Assembly (NCBI GenBank): GCA_964423645.1
Contig: CAYRFE010000008.1
Location: 37,333 to 101,332, forward strand
Source: an uncultured bacterium
GTDB taxonomy: Bacteria > Macinerneyibacteriota > Macinerneyibacteria > Macinerneyibacteriales > CAYRFE01
Length of the DNA: 64,000 bases
Direction of reading: 5' to 3'
Shown: positions 28,936 through 39,210 of the stretch, one piece after another
Layout: each line of letters starts with the position of its first letter
Position numbering within the stretch: position 1 is the first letter of the stretch
The notes under the pieces: model-generated
Database searches by the model: none
Seen by the model: the letters and a program-made list of their open reading frames with translations, nothing else
What the model was told of the DNA's origin: nothing
Program-made: the position numbers and the translations under genes

Positions 28936-31089
28936 TTATTCACCACTTTTTAACGGAGAGGCACCGGGATCAGGCGTTTCATCATCATGAGCCGCACCGC
29001 GAAGTGTGCGCCCCGGGTCTGCATCGATTTTTTCAACAATAGTATAATAATTTCCTGCATTCCAAAAAGTATACCCAAGATCAAGCGCATCGGCCACACC
29101 AAGAATTTGACCGCTCACATAGGTTTCGTTATAATACTCACGATCATATTTCGAGTATCCCAGTTTAAAAGCCTGTACATACGGCCTAATGATTGCATGC
29201 CGTTTTCCGAGATAAAAATTACGCAATGTTCCTTGATAATAAATTCTGTACGGGCGTTCTTCAAACGGCGAAAAATTCAAAAAACTTTCAGCAAAATGTG
29301 ACGGATAATACATCGGACAGATCACATCAACATATCGTCGTATCATATCTACGTCTTGCCCGGTTATCCCTGCGGCACGATTCCACCCGTTCATGCCATA
29401 AATATCAATAGAAATCGGTGCGTTGATATGTTCACGCGCATACCGCAGAAACGATTCGATCGCTCCTGATTTGGTCATACCCTTTTCGCGATATGAGTAC
29501 CATGTATCATCAAGATTATCTGCATCTGTGGGAAAACGAATATAGTCAAATTGGATCTCATCAAAACCTAAAGCAATCAGCTCATTTGCGATTGCGGTGT
29601 TATATTCCCAAACTTTTTCACAATACGGATCGACCCAATATTCAAATGACTCTTGCACTTGACCATCACGGTATCGTACTCCTCGCCAAGAACCTTTTGT
29701 TTTCCCGTCTTTAATCGCATATTCACCATTGTTATAATAATAAAGTCCCGTATCCTTAAAAATAACCATTCTCGCGGCCACGTAAATACCATTTTCTTTC
29801 AGTAATTTCAAAAACCACTCGGTGTCAATAATTCCCGCACGAGTTCCAAACTTTTTTAAATATTCGGTCTGCGGCATAAAACGTACTTGACCGCCATCGT
29901 CCTTCATATCGACGACAATCAGATTTAATCCCTTTGCTTTCATAAAAGTTATCAATTCTTGTAAACGACGAGGATTACGGGCTGTTTCAGCCGTTATATA
30001 AATACCCCGTCTATTCTTTGCCGCATCCTTATACTCATTAAAATTCAGTGGCGATTGCATCCATAACGCTTCAGCATTTATCACCGCTTTCCCGTCTCTC
30101 ACCACACATACTGTTTCCGGGAAATGCCCTGCCATTTTTAAAAACGAATCGTTAAAAAATTCAACGCCGGCCTTCATCATCGAATTGCGATCGATCGTTT
30201 CACATGCCGGAAATGAGGTCGCATACACACCTCGCATACTGTTCCAATACAATTTCCCTTCGATGATATGCATACCTTCTATCATATCAAAATCAATCGG
30301 AAATATTTTTTTTACCGTCCACAAACGTGATTTGAAATCAAGTATATAGAATACGGGAGAAAAATTATATGCCGAGACAATCGACACCGAACCATTGTTT
30401 TTCACCACATGGATATCCGAAATTTCTGCATACGAGCGTAAACCGGATGCAAGATTTTCAAGTCTGCTGTTTCGAGTGATGTTTTTATAATATAATCCGT
30501 GCAGAGAATGACCGACAAGTACATGTACCATATCTGCATCAGAAAAAATCGCGACACTCTTTACGACTGCTTCAAGAGAAGGATTGGCAATAGAAGACCA
30601 TTTGAGCCCGCCGTCAGTTGAATAGTATGCACCGCTTTTACTGCATGTGACGATATTGAGCGGATTTTCGGCATCAACATCCAGATCTTTTAAGTCTTCG
30701 ATTATTTCTTCTTTTACAAATCCCGTTTCGGTTGACACTTTTAACACTACCGTCGGCAATCCGCTGTTACGATATTCAAATGTCTTCAGATCCGTCGTAA
30801 AAACGATACCTTTTGATGTGAGAAAATATATACCGCCTTGAACAGGTATGATCTTACGAACATCACTTTCATTCCACAATGCAACCGGGGTATGGACACC
30901 GTCAAAATAATAAAGTCCTTTTTCACTTCCTATAAGCGGAATCGTTGTAATATTAATTTCAGGAACATACGGTTCATCCGTAACAAATTCCGGCCCGGTC
31001 ATGACCGGTGCAGTCTTCTTAATTTTAACATCCAAACTCGTACACGCAATCATCGTAAGCAACACCACACCCATTACTACATAGCGCAT
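28936..31089 (-). CDS. Lipoprotein with N-terminal beta-propeller and C-terminal putative glycoside hydrolase TIM barrel (DUF4015-like)
   Basis: Lipobox MIA-C; YYSTDGGLKW BNR-like box; VVDMKDDGG, ARMVIFKD, WVDP, GFDEIQFDYIRFP, MYYPSH. Confidence 0.8.
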   Translation of the reverse strand: MRYVVMGVVLLTMIACTSLDVKIKKTAPVMTGPEFVTDEPYVPEINITTIPLIGSEKGLYYFDGVHTPVALWNESDVRKIIPVQGGIYFLTSKGIVFTTDLKTFEYRNSGLPTVVLKVSTETGFVKEEIIEDLKDLDVDAENPLNIVTCSKSGAYYSTDGGLKWSSIANPSLEAVVKSVAIFSDADMVHVLVGHSLHGLYYKNITRNSRLENLASGLRSYAEISDIHVVKNNGSVSIVSAYNFSPVFYILDFKSRLWTVKKIFPIDFDMIEGMHIIEGKLYWNSMRGVYATSFPACETIDRNSMMKAGVEFFNDSFLKMAGHFPETVCVVRDGKAVINAEALWMQSPLNFNEYKDAAKNRRGIYITAETARNPRRLQELITFMKAKGLNLIVVDMKDDGGQVRFMPQTEYLKKFGTRAGIIDTEWFLKLLKENGIYVAARMVIFKDTGLYYYNNGEYAIKDGKTKGSWRGVRYRDGQVQESFEYWVDPYCEKVWEYNTAIANELIALGFDEIQFDYIRFPTDADNLDDTWYSYREKGMTKSGAIESFLRYAREHINAPISIDIYGMNGWNRAAGITGQDVDMIRRYVDVICPMYYPSHFAESFLNFSPFEERPYRIYYQGTLRNFYLGKRHAIIRPYVQAFKLGYSKYDREYYNETYVSGQILGVADALDLGYTFWNAGNYYTIVEKIDADPGRTLRGAAHDDETPDPGASPLKSGE

Positions 31090-31316
31090 ATTACCAATCC
31101 TTTCATAGCTATCGTCGCGCATTACTGTAGCATAGTGATTTAATATTTGCAAGCCGTGTACAACCACTGCTGCGATTGATTTGAATACGAGCTCTGCCAC
31201 GGTCCTTTCGATTAACATTGACAATACTTTTAAAATCACGGATAATTTCTGAAAGCCAATAAAAAGTATTGGATAAATGGCATGAATCAAATGTAAATAT
31301 CGTCGGGAGGATAGTA

Positions 31317-32525
31317 ATGAATCGTTGGAAGGTCGTGTTTGCGGGATTTCTTCTTGCGTTAATGGGCGGGATTTCCTATGCATGGGGAGTTTTCGTAATT
31401 CCCATGATGGAGCGTTTTTCGTGGACTAAAATGCAAACAACGCTTCCCTTTACCGTATTTATGCTCGCATTCGCATTTACTATGGCACTAGGAGGACGTT
31501 TGCAAGATACATTCGGACCAAAGAAAGTGGCAACATACGGCGCGTTATTATTTTTCATTTCATATGCGTCTGCAGCACTAATTGGTCATTTTGAACAACC
31601 GATATGGCTTATTCTAACCTATGGCTTGATCGGCGGGACTGCCTGCGGTTTAACCTACTCCTGCGTGGCACCTCCCGCGAGGAAATGGTTCCCGGATAAA
31701 CCGGCTCTCGCTATTTCACTTGCCGTCATGGGTTTTGGTCTTGCAGCAATTATCGTTGCACCCTTAAAAGCCAAAATCCTCATCCCTCAATTCGGAATTG
31801 AGATCACGTTTCTCATGATTGCGATTCTCACTTCCGCGGTATCATTGATAGCGGCCATGATGCTTAAGAATCCGCCTGAAAATTGGATTCCTGAAGGATG
31901 GAATCCCGCACAAGCCAAAAAAACAACACGTATTTTGCATGAAACTATTCCTTCGGAAATGATAAAACTTCCTCTCTTCTGGTTAATCTGGGGCATGTTT
32001 CTTTTAGTGGTGTCGGGAGGATTGATTATGCTCGGTCTTGTCCCCTCATATGCACAGCGAATTATCAATCTTTCTCCGTTGCAGGCATCATTAACCATAT
32101 CGATTTTTTCTGCCGTAAATGGATTCGGTCGACCTTTTGCCGGGTATTTAGCCGATAAAATCGGCATTATAAGTGTGATGATCGGTACTTTTCTTTTACA
32201 GGCTGCCGTTTTCATCACCTTCAATCACATTGCAATCTCACCCGTCAGTTTGTATATTTCAGTCGGTTTAATCGGATGGGCGTATGCGGTGATTGTCGCG
32301 CTCTTTCCTACGCTGGTAGCAGTATGTTTCGGAGCACGCAATTTGGGGGTCAATTACGGTCTGGTATTTACCGCATTCGGATTTGGCGCGGTTACACCTG
32401 CCATAGGTGCGAAAATATTTGACATAACCGGTAGCTTTAGCGTAATATTCATAACGGTCGGAACACTATCTGCATTGGGAACATTCGTAGCGCTCTTTTT
32501 AAAGAAAAAATACGACCTGTCATAA
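31317..32525 (+). CDS. MFS transporter, oxalate:formate antiporter (OFA) family
   Basis: YAWGVF, GGRLQDTFGPK, KWFPDK, NGFGRP, NLGVNYG. Confidence 0.92.
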   Translation: MNRWKVVFAGFLLALMGGISYAWGVFVIPMMERFSWTKMQTTLPFTVFMLAFAFTMALGGRLQDTFGPKKVATYGALLFFISYASAALIGHFEQPIWLILTYGLIGGTACGLTYSCVAPPARKWFPDKPALAISLAVMGFGLAAIIVAPLKAKILIPQFGIEITFLMIAILTSAVSLIAAMMLKNPPENWIPEGWNPAQAKKTTRILHETIPSEMIKLPLFWLIWGMFLLVVSGGLIMLGLVPSYAQRIINLSPLQASLTISIFSAVNGFGRPFAGYLADKIGIISVMIGTFLLQAAVFITFNHIAISPVSLYISVGLIGWAYAVIVALFPTLVAVCFGARNLGVNYGLVFTAFGFGAVTPAIGAKIFDITGSFSVIFITVGTLSALGTFVALFLKKKYDLS

Positions 32526-32526
32526 A

Positions 32527-32556
32527 TAAAAGGGGGAAAAGAAAATTTCCCCTTTT
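32527..32556 (+). terminator. Intrinsic terminator after the MFS gene
   Basis: AAAAGGGGGAAA...TTTCCCCTTTT. Confidence 0.65.
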
Positions 32557-32790
32557 ATAGATTCCTCTTATTAAGTAACTACTAATTACCGTACATACAC
32601 TGACGCTTAAATTTTATCATGATAGTAATGAGCAAATTCCCTGTTTATTATTACAATAGACTGTTCGTATCATGAAATCTTTGTAAAACTATTCTTTTAA
32701 AAATCAAGCGTACTTCTGCCAAAGGGTAAATAACCTCGGCCGACACGAAAATCTAATGCAGTAATGTCGGGTAAGCGCAAATTTTTCTAT

Positions 32791-32993
32791 AAAACCTTTG
32801 CAAAAATCAAAATTATCAGATTTTCTTTTTTCTCTAAAAAAAGGGGGGGGGGACGAAGTCGGGCGCATGATATGCGCCCGTTCCATTGAGAATTTTTGTA
32901 GGGGCAGAAGATCTTTCTGCCCACCTTCCGATTTCCACGGGAGGAGTTTGGGGTGGGCACAAAGTTTAAAACTGGTAGTTTTTCAAAGGTCTC
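32791..32993 (-). mobile_element. MITE copy D (~203 bp) with two REP-like hairpins
   Basis: ACCTTTGCAAAA ... TTTTTCAAAGGTCTC; internal sequence nearly the reverse complement of copy B. Confidence 0.82.
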
Positions 32994-33115
32994 GACGATT
33001 CAAACCTCTCCATCTTGTAAAAAAAATGCCTATGAAATGACAACTTTTTCCACATCACCGTACACACAAAATGATTCACATGCACTGACATTGAGGATTG
33101 TTGTGAAACAAAAGA

Positions 33116-34132
33116 CTATTCGATAAGTTTGTCTTCATCGCTGCCGCGGGAAATAAAGATCTTCCCTTCTTCCTGCAGACGACGGATGATATCAAGAATT
33201 TTTTGCTGCGCCTCTTCAACATTTTTCAGACGCACCGGCCCCATATAGTCCATATCTTCTTTAATCATGGTTGAAGCCCTATCAGACATATTAATAAAAA
33301 ACTTTTCTTTCAGCGGTTCTGATGCAGCTTTCAACGCAAGGGCAAGCTCTTTGTTATCAATTTCTGTAAGTATTGCTTGTATGGATTGATTATCTAAGGC
33401 CATAATATCCTCAAACACAAACATTAATTTTTTAATTTCTTCAGCTAACTCAGGGTCTTCACGCTCAAGACCGCTCATAATAGTTTTTTCAGTCGATTGG
33501 TCGGAGCGGTTCAACATTTCAGCAACCAGTTGAATACCGCCGGCAAAGCTCATCTCACCGCTGAATGAGCTGGTGAGTTGTGTTTCCAACGCATCCTGAA
33601 TTTCTTTAATCATATCCGGTGAAATCGTATCCATACGTGCGACACGCTTGATTACTTCGACGCGTATTTCCTCAGTTAACCCGCCAAGAATGGTCGCTGC
33701 TTGCTCAGGAGTCAAAAATGCAACGATCAATGCAATCGTTTGCGGTTGTTCATTTTGTATAAAATTCAGCAATTGCTGAGGATCAACATCTTTCAGCATT
33801 TCTAACGGATTTGATTCTATTGATCGCTGTAGTCTGTTGATAATCTCAATAGCTTTTTGCGGTCCTAATGCCTTTTCAAGCATCGTACGTGCATAATCGA
33901 TACCGCCTCGAGCAATATATTCTTGAGCCAAAGAAAGCTGATAAAACTCATTGAGAATCGGTTGCAATTTTTTGGGGTTAACCGAGCGAAGTTTTGAAAC
34001 TTCTACCGACACTTTTTCAACGGTACGCTCATCAAGATGTCGCAATATTTGCGCAGCGACATCATCACCCAGAGCAATGAGCATCATCGCAGCCTTGGTT
34101 ATCCCCTTTGTTACATCAGGCTTATCCGCCAT
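33116..34132 (-). CDS. fliG: Flagellar motor switch protein FliG
   Basis: KAAMMLIALG, GGIDYARTMLEKALG, EQPQTIALI, MFVFEDI, MGPVRLKNVEEAQQKI. Confidence 0.97.
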   Translation of the reverse strand: MADKPDVTKGITKAAMMLIALGDDVAAQILRHLDERTVEKVSVEVSKLRSVNPKKLQPILNEFYQLSLAQEYIARGGIDYARTMLEKALGPQKAIEIINRLQRSIESNPLEMLKDVDPQQLLNFIQNEQPQTIALIVAFLTPEQAATILGGLTEEIRVEVIKRVARMDTISPDMIKEIQDALETQLTSSFSGEMSFAGGIQLVAEMLNRSDQSTEKTIMSGLEREDPELAEEIKKLMFVFEDIMALDNQSIQAILTEIDNKELALALKAASEPLKEKFFINMSDRASTMIKEDMDYMGPVRLKNVEEAQQKILDIIRRLQEEGKIFISRGSDEDKLIE

Positions 34133-34141
34133 AATTCGCGT

Positions 34142-34510
34142 TTACGCTATCCCCAATATCTGATTGATTTTTTCTTTTAATGTTTGCGGAGTAAAGGGTT
34201 TTACAACATAACTGTTGACACCACACTTCATTGCTTCGATAATATCCTCTTTTACGCTTCGTGTAGTTACCATAAGAATAGGCATGCTTTTAAAGGTCGC
34301 ATCGCTACGCACTGCTTGCACAAACTCCAACCCATTCATCTCCGGCATATTCCAGTCGGTAATGACAAAATCTATTTTCACCGACGCCATTTTTGCAAGC
34401 GCCATTTTTCCATTCTCAGCCTCTTCAACATCCTCAAAGCCGGCTTTTTTCAATGTGTTCACCACAATACGCCGCATGGTAGAAGAATCATCAACGACAA
34501 GGATTTTCAT
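34142..34510 (-). CDS. cheY: Single-domain response regulator, CheY-like
   Basis: VVDDSSTMRRI, DWNMPEMNG, MVT, YVVKPF. Confidence 0.9.
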   Translation of the reverse strand: MKILVVDDSSTMRRIVVNTLKKAGFEDVEEAENGKMALAKMASVKIDFVITDWNMPEMNGLEFVQAVRSDATFKSMPILMVTTRSVKEDIIEAMKCGVNSYVVKPFTPQTLKEKINQILGIA

Positions 34511-34526
34511 GCGCAGCCTCCTTTAA

Positions 34527-34898
34527 TTACAATTTCTTGTATTTATCCAACACCATGTCAAAAACTTTTTTCCGCAGATCCATATCTATAATCTGATACA
34601 CTTCCATAAGATGCCCTTTCTTGGTTGACCTGGACGGCATCTCAATTTTCAACATTTTTTCGTTCTCATCATCAGCAACAATCCGAATATCCTTCAAAAC
34701 GATGGATTTATTAAATTTAACGGCAGCAAATGCTTTGATACGGCCTTTTTCTAATGTTTTGGTGACGACAATATCATCGTTCGCAAGTACTAGTTCAGGA
34801 TTTTGAGTAATACGAGTCTTCTTTGTTTTCCCCTGTATATAGAGCACCAGGAGAAGAGCATTTACAACAACAGAAGATAATAACGCCACCAACATCAT
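34527..34898 (-). CDS. SpoVG-like protein with N-terminal hydrophobic anchor
   Basis: GRIKAFAAVKF...LKDIRIV...EMPSR...LRKKVFDMVLDKY aligns by eye with SpoVG; the first ~20 aa are hydrophobic. Confidence 0.75.
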   Translation of the reverse strand: MMLVALLSSVVVNALLLVLYIQGKTKKTRITQNPELVLANDDIVVTKTLEKGRIKAFAAVKFNKSIVLKDIRIVADDENEKMLKIEMPSRSTKKGHLMEVYQIIDMDLRKKVFDMVLDKYKKL

Positions 34899-34906
34899 AT
34901 ATGGTT

Positions 34907-34935
34907 ATTATATCGTAGTGTCAATGAAATGTCAA
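34907..34935 (-). promoter_or_regulatory. Perfect consensus promoter TTGACA-N17-TATAAT, 8 nt before the ATG
   Basis: Direct reading; no SD present. Confidence 0.8.
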
Positions 34936-34961
34936 TATACCATTTTTGACAACAACAACTT

Positions 34962-35756
34962 TTATACCAGTGCTACTAAATAGTAAAAAACAGGCGCGCT
35001 GAAAATCATTGAATCGAACCGGTCAAATATTCCTCCATGCCCGATAATGATAGTACTCGAATCTTTCACATTCGCATATCTCTTAATCAACGACTCTGCA
35101 AGATCACCCATTTGTACGGTAAGCGCAAAAACCATCATCCCGATTATTGCGTACGTGACCGAAATATGCAAATAAGTATGAAACAATGCACATAAACCGG
35201 TGGGTACCGCAATTCCCCCGATAAACCCCTGAATTGATTTTTTCGGAGACACCGCAATCAGCCCTCGATGTTTTTTACCGAGCCACATTCCGAATGCATA
35301 TGCTGCTGTATCGATCGTCCAAACCGAAATAAAAAATACAGGGAGCCACACCGCACCGCGTACAAGATTCATTTTTGCCACAACTAGATAATGCGAGAAA
35401 AATATAATATATATATTTGCAAATACGGCAATAAGCATTCTTCGCAGATCGCGTTCTCGTTCATCATTATACATTATAACTTCAAACGATAAAATTGCGA
35501 TAAATAGCACTACCATGACCAACGGATGAATGTGTCCGTTCCATAACGTGATAAGCATGACATAGGCAGCAAACAGAACAGTTAAACCAAAATACATCAC
35601 TCGTTTCACTGCGAACATCCGATATATTTCAAACACCGCCCCACACGCGATCACAAAGGTAAACACCGTGATCCATACGGGATTTTTCGTATACCCGATA
35701 AACAATATCACGGGAATAAAAACAACAGCTACGATAAGACGGTGTATCAGATTCAT
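34962..35756 (-). CDS. cdsA: Phosphatidate cytidylyltransferase
   Basis: DTAAYAFG, SPKKS, GDLAESLIKR...KDS...GHGGIFDRFDS. Confidence 0.96.
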   Translation of the reverse strand: MNLIHRLIVAVVFIPVILFIGYTKNPVWITVFTFVIACGAVFEIYRMFAVKRVMYFGLTVLFAAYVMLITLWNGHIHPLVMVVLFIAILSFEVIMYNDERERDLRRMLIAVFANIYIIFFSHYLVVAKMNLVRGAVWLPVFFISVWTIDTAAYAFGMWLGKKHRGLIAVSPKKSIQGFIGGIAVPTGLCALFHTYLHISVTYAIIGMMVFALTVQMGDLAESLIKRYANVKDSSTIIIGHGGIFDRFDSMIFSAPVFYYLVALV

Positions 35757-36442
35757 GGTCTTCCTCCAAATCGTCGTTGGCGTGTAACAAACCAGTCCAG
35801 TGCGACATCAAACTCATCTTCATTAAAATCAGGCCATAAGACTTGAGTAATATACATTTCACTGTACACACTCTGCCATACTAAAAAGTTCGAAAGTCGT
35901 TGTTCACCGCTCGTACGTATGATCAGATCGGGATCCGGAATATCCGGAGCATACAGATATCGCCCGATAGTAGTATCATCGATCATGTCGACCGGAACGC
36001 CTTCGGCAACAAGTTTTCGAACAGCGTCAATGATCTCGGCTCGCCCGCCGTAATTAAGCGCAACACATACAGTAATTGTTGTACACTGCGATGTTGCTTT
36101 TTCAATTGAATCCATTTGTTGTAATAATTCGGGAGATAATCGCTCACGCCGTCCAATAAACCGTATCCGTACACCTTTTTCGAGCATACGTGATAATTCA
36201 CGGGCAAAGGCGGTTTTAAAAAGATCCATCAGATAGGAGACTTCTTTTTTAGGACGTGTCCAATTTTCCCACGAAAATGCATATAACGTTATAAAACGCA
36301 CACCGCGCATCGCTGCATGCTCAACGATACGCGGCACTACGTCAACACCTTTTTTATGCCCGGCAATATGGGGTAAAAGCTTTTTTTCCGCCCAACGACC
36401 ATTTCCATCCATAATGATAGCCACATGGCCGGGAACAGACAC
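35753..36442 (-). CDS. uppS: Undecaprenyl diphosphate synthase (isoprenyl transferase)
   Basis: HVAIIMDGNGRWA, YAFSWENW, NYGGRAEI, RTSGEQRLSNF, RRFGG. Confidence 0.97.
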   Translation of the reverse strand: MSVPGHVAIIMDGNGRWAEKKLLPHIAGHKKGVDVVPRIVEHAAMRGVRFITLYAFSWENWTRPKKEVSYLMDLFKTAFARELSRMLEKGVRIRFIGRRERLSPELLQQMDSIEKATSQCTTITVCVALNYGGRAEIIDAVRKLVAEGVPVDMIDDTTIGRYLYAPDIPDPDLIIRTSGEQRLSNFLVWQSVYSEMYITQVLWPDFNEDEFDVALDWFVTRQRRFGGRP

Positions 36443-37000
36443 TTATACCTCCATTATCTCGATTTCTTTTTTAGAAAGCATTATATCTGCTTCCCGAATA
36501 TAATTATCGGTGGTTTTTTGTATCTCATCTAAAACTCTTTTTTCAAGATCTTCAGGAATCTCGCCGTCTTTTTTCATTTTTTTCACACGTTCGTTTTCAT
36601 CACGGCGTATATTTCTTATGGCTACCTTTGCATCTTCGGAGTATTTTTTCGCAATCTTAACAAATTCCTTGCGTCGTTCTTCTGACAACGGAGGAATAGG
36701 TAAACGAATAATCTTACCGTCATTAAGCGGATTCAATCCAAGATCTGAGGCACGGATCGCTTTCTCGATCGCCGCGATAAGGGTTATTTCCCATGGAGCA
36801 ATCGTTATCGTTCGTGCATCTGGAACTGAGACCGTTCCAACCTGTGAAACCGCAGTAGGCTGGCCGTAATAATCAATCTTAACATTATCCAGAATTGATG
36901 CAGATGCACGTCCGGTGCGAATTTTATGAAATTCTTCCTTCAGCACCGCAAGTGTTTTCTCCATTTTCTGTTCACTTTCCTTCACAATCTTGTCTTTCAT
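36443..37000 (-). CDS. frr: Ribosome recycling factor
   Basis: IRTGRAS, DYYG, DLGLNP, PPLSEERRKE, AIRNIRRD. Confidence 0.98.
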   Translation of the reverse strand: MKDKIVKESEQKMEKTLAVLKEEFHKIRTGRASASILDNVKIDYYGQPTAVSQVGTVSVPDARTITIAPWEITLIAAIEKAIRASDLGLNPLNDGKIIRLPIPPLSEERRKEFVKIAKKYSEDAKVAIRNIRRDENERVKKMKKDGEIPEDLEKRVLDEIQKTTDNYIREADIMLSKKEIEIMEV

Positions 37001-37024
37001 GACACACAACTCCTTTCAAGAACG

Positions 37025-37726
37025 TCAGTGTATAAACGAGTGTATACACGTACCTGACACTGCGTCGTGTAAATTATCCATGGAAGAAAAATCAAACACC
37101 ATAATCGGAATTCGTCGTTCACGACAAAGCGATACCGCAGTCGCATCCATTACGCCTAAATTTTTCAATAAATAATCGTCATATGTAATGGTTTCATAGC
37201 GGACCGCATTTACATTATTTTTGGGATCTTTATCGTAGACACCGTCTACCTTTGTCGCTTTTATAAGTACTTCAGCGCTTATTTCTGTTGCTCGCAATGC
37301 GGCAGCAGAGTCGGTGCTAAAAAAGGGGTTCCCCGTTCCACCGGTAAATATGAGCACATGTGAATGTATGTCTTCAAGCACCCGGTCAATGAAAAAGCGC
37401 TCTGCAATACCGTCAACCGCAAATGCAGAATAATTCTTCGCAGGAATCCCCTTCATTCGTAATGCAGTCTCCAACGCCATTCCGTTGATAACCGTTCCGA
37501 CCATACCCATTTGATGTGCTTTGGGTTCGGGAAAATGCATATTTCTTATAAGCGCACTCCCTCTGAAAATATTCCCCCCGCCTATCACTATTCCGATCTC
37601 TATACCGGCGTTACGACACGCAGCTATCTGCATAGTAATAGATTCAAGGGCACGGGGATTAACCCCGAACCCTTGATCTCCGGAGAGCAACTCTCCGCTG
37701 AGTTTTAAAAGTATCCGTGTATACAT
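37025..37726 (-). CDS. pyrH: UMP kinase
   Basis: LLKLSGE, GGGNIFRG, GTGNPFFSTDSAAALRA, VMDATA. Confidence 0.97.
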   Translation of the reverse strand: MYTRILLKLSGELLSGDQGFGVNPRALESITMQIAACRNAGIEIGIVIGGGNIFRGSALIRNMHFPEPKAHQMGMVGTVINGMALETALRMKGIPAKNYSAFAVDGIAERFFIDRVLEDIHSHVLIFTGGTGNPFFSTDSAAALRATEISAEVLIKATKVDGVYDKDPKNNVNAVRYETITYDDYLLKNLGVMDATAVSLCRERRIPIMVFDFSSMDNLHDAVSGTCIHSFIH

Positions 37727-38322
37727 TATTCCCCAAGCTCAAACCGTACAAAACGGCGAACTTGAATATTTTCACCAAGTTTGGCAATATACCCGTTGAT
37801 GTATTCCTTCACGGTGAGTTTATCATCTTTTATAAATGCTTGTTCAAGCAGACATGTTTCTTTGTAGAATTTTTTGTCTAACATACCTTCGACAATTTGA
37901 TCGACACGTTCAGCAGGTTTACCTTCGGCAAGCATTTTTTCCCTATAAATCGCGCGCTCTTTTTCAACCATACCTTGATCGACGTCTTCACGACGAACAA
38001 CGGTAGGATTCGCTGCAGCGATTTGCATTGCGACATCTTTTACCATAGTTTTAAAATCATCGGTCTTAGCCACGAAATCGGTTTCACACCCGATCTCAAC
38101 CAAAACACCGATTTTATTCGTCGCATGAACGTATGAACCTATTGCACCTTCTTTGGTCGCACGATCGGCCTTTTTCGCAGCAGAGGCAATACCTTTTTTG
38201 CGAAGATAATCAACTGCTTTTTCTATATCGCCTTGTGTTTCAGTAAGTGCTTTTTTACAGTCCATCATCCCCGCGCCGGTTTTTTGGCGAAGTTCATTAA
38301 CAATTTTTGCATTAATTTCCAT
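37726..38322 (-). CDS. tsf: Elongation factor Ts (short form)
   Basis: [33 protein letters not shown]. Confidence 0.98.
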   Translation of the reverse strand: MEINAKIVNELRQKTGAGMMDCKKALTETQGDIEKAVDYLRKKGIASAAKKADRATKEGAIGSYVHATNKIGVLVEIGCETDFVAKTDDFKTMVKDVAMQIAAANPTVVRREDVDQGMVEKERAIYREKMLAEGKPAERVDQIVEGMLDKKFYKETCLLEQAFIKDDKLTVKEYINGYIAKLGENIQVRRFVRFELGE

Positions 38323-38343
38323 AGTGTTCTCCTTAACGTGTTA

Positions 38344-39111
38344 TTACGCGTCTTTGCTTTCCGCTTCGTCAGCGGTTACCTCAGCAGTTACCTGAGCAGG
38401 AATATGTTCATTAATTTCTCTGCCCTCAAGATTACGCTGCAGACCTTCCATAACAGCATTGGCAACAACTTCAGAAATCAGTTTTATTGAACGAATTGCA
38501 TCGTCATTACCGGGGATTACATAATCCACTTCGTCCGGGTTACAGTTTGTATCAACCAACCCGACGATAGTAATACCGAGCTTTTTCGCTTCTAAAATAG
38601 CATTATGTTCTTTTTTAGTGTCGACGACGAAAATCAACGCGGGAGCTTCGGTCATTTCCTTGATCCCTGTAAAAATCTTTTCCATTTTTTCGCGTTGTTT
38701 ACGGAGTTCGATAATCTCTTTTTTGCTGATTTTATCAAACTTCCCTGTCTTTTCAATTTCGTCAATCTTTTTAAAATGATCTACGCGTTGACGTATGGTA
38801 CGAATATTGGTCATCATTCCGCCCAACCAGCGGTAATTAACATACGGCATCCCGCAACGATCAGCTTCGCCGGCAATGGCGTCCTGAGCTTGTTTTTTGG
38901 TGCCGACAAACAATACTTTGCCGCCGTTTTCAACAACACGTTTAATTTCATTGTATGCCTCATCGATCAATCCGGTCGTTTTTTGAAGATCGATAATATG
39001 AATACCGTTTTTTGCACCGAAAATGTATGGTTTCATTTTCGGATCCCAGCGCTTGGTCTGATGTCCGAAGTGAACACCCGACTCAAGAAGTCGCTTCATG
39101 GAAACTACCAT
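38344..39111 (-). CDS. rpsB: 30S ribosomal protein S2
   Basis: [35 protein letters not shown]. Confidence 0.99.
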   Translation of the reverse strand: MVVSMKRLLESGVHFGHQTKRWDPKMKPYIFGAKNGIHIIDLQKTTGLIDEAYNEIKRVVENGGKVLFVGTKKQAQDAIAGEADRCGMPYVNYRWLGGMMTNIRTIRQRVDHFKKIDEIEKTGKFDKISKKEIIELRKQREKMEKIFTGIKEMTEAPALIFVVDTKKEHNAILEAKKLGITIVGLVDTNCNPDEVDYVIPGNDDAIRSIKLISEVVANAVMEGLQRNLEGREINEHIPAQVTAEVTADEAESKDA

Positions 39112-39127
39112 ATAATTTGCCTCCTTT

Positions 39128-39203
39128 GGTTAAACCTCCAATTCCGCTCAAGGCTTTTACGCCCACCAACTACACGGAATTGTGTGGAATAAAACATATA
39201 CCC
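39128..39203 (-). promoter_or_regulatory. rpsB (S2) autoregulatory leader-like structure
   Basis: Minus strand GGGT...CACAC-AATTCCG...CGGAATT-GGAGG-TTT-AACC mirrors the CACAC/stem/GGAGG..AACC layout of the known S2 leader. Confidence 0.7.
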
Positions 39204-39210
39204 TTGTCTG

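Noticed and set aside
31090-31383. N-terminal extension of the 815-aa ORF
   Set aside because: It overlaps the divergent MFS gene; a lipoprotein signal and SD indicate the start at 31089.
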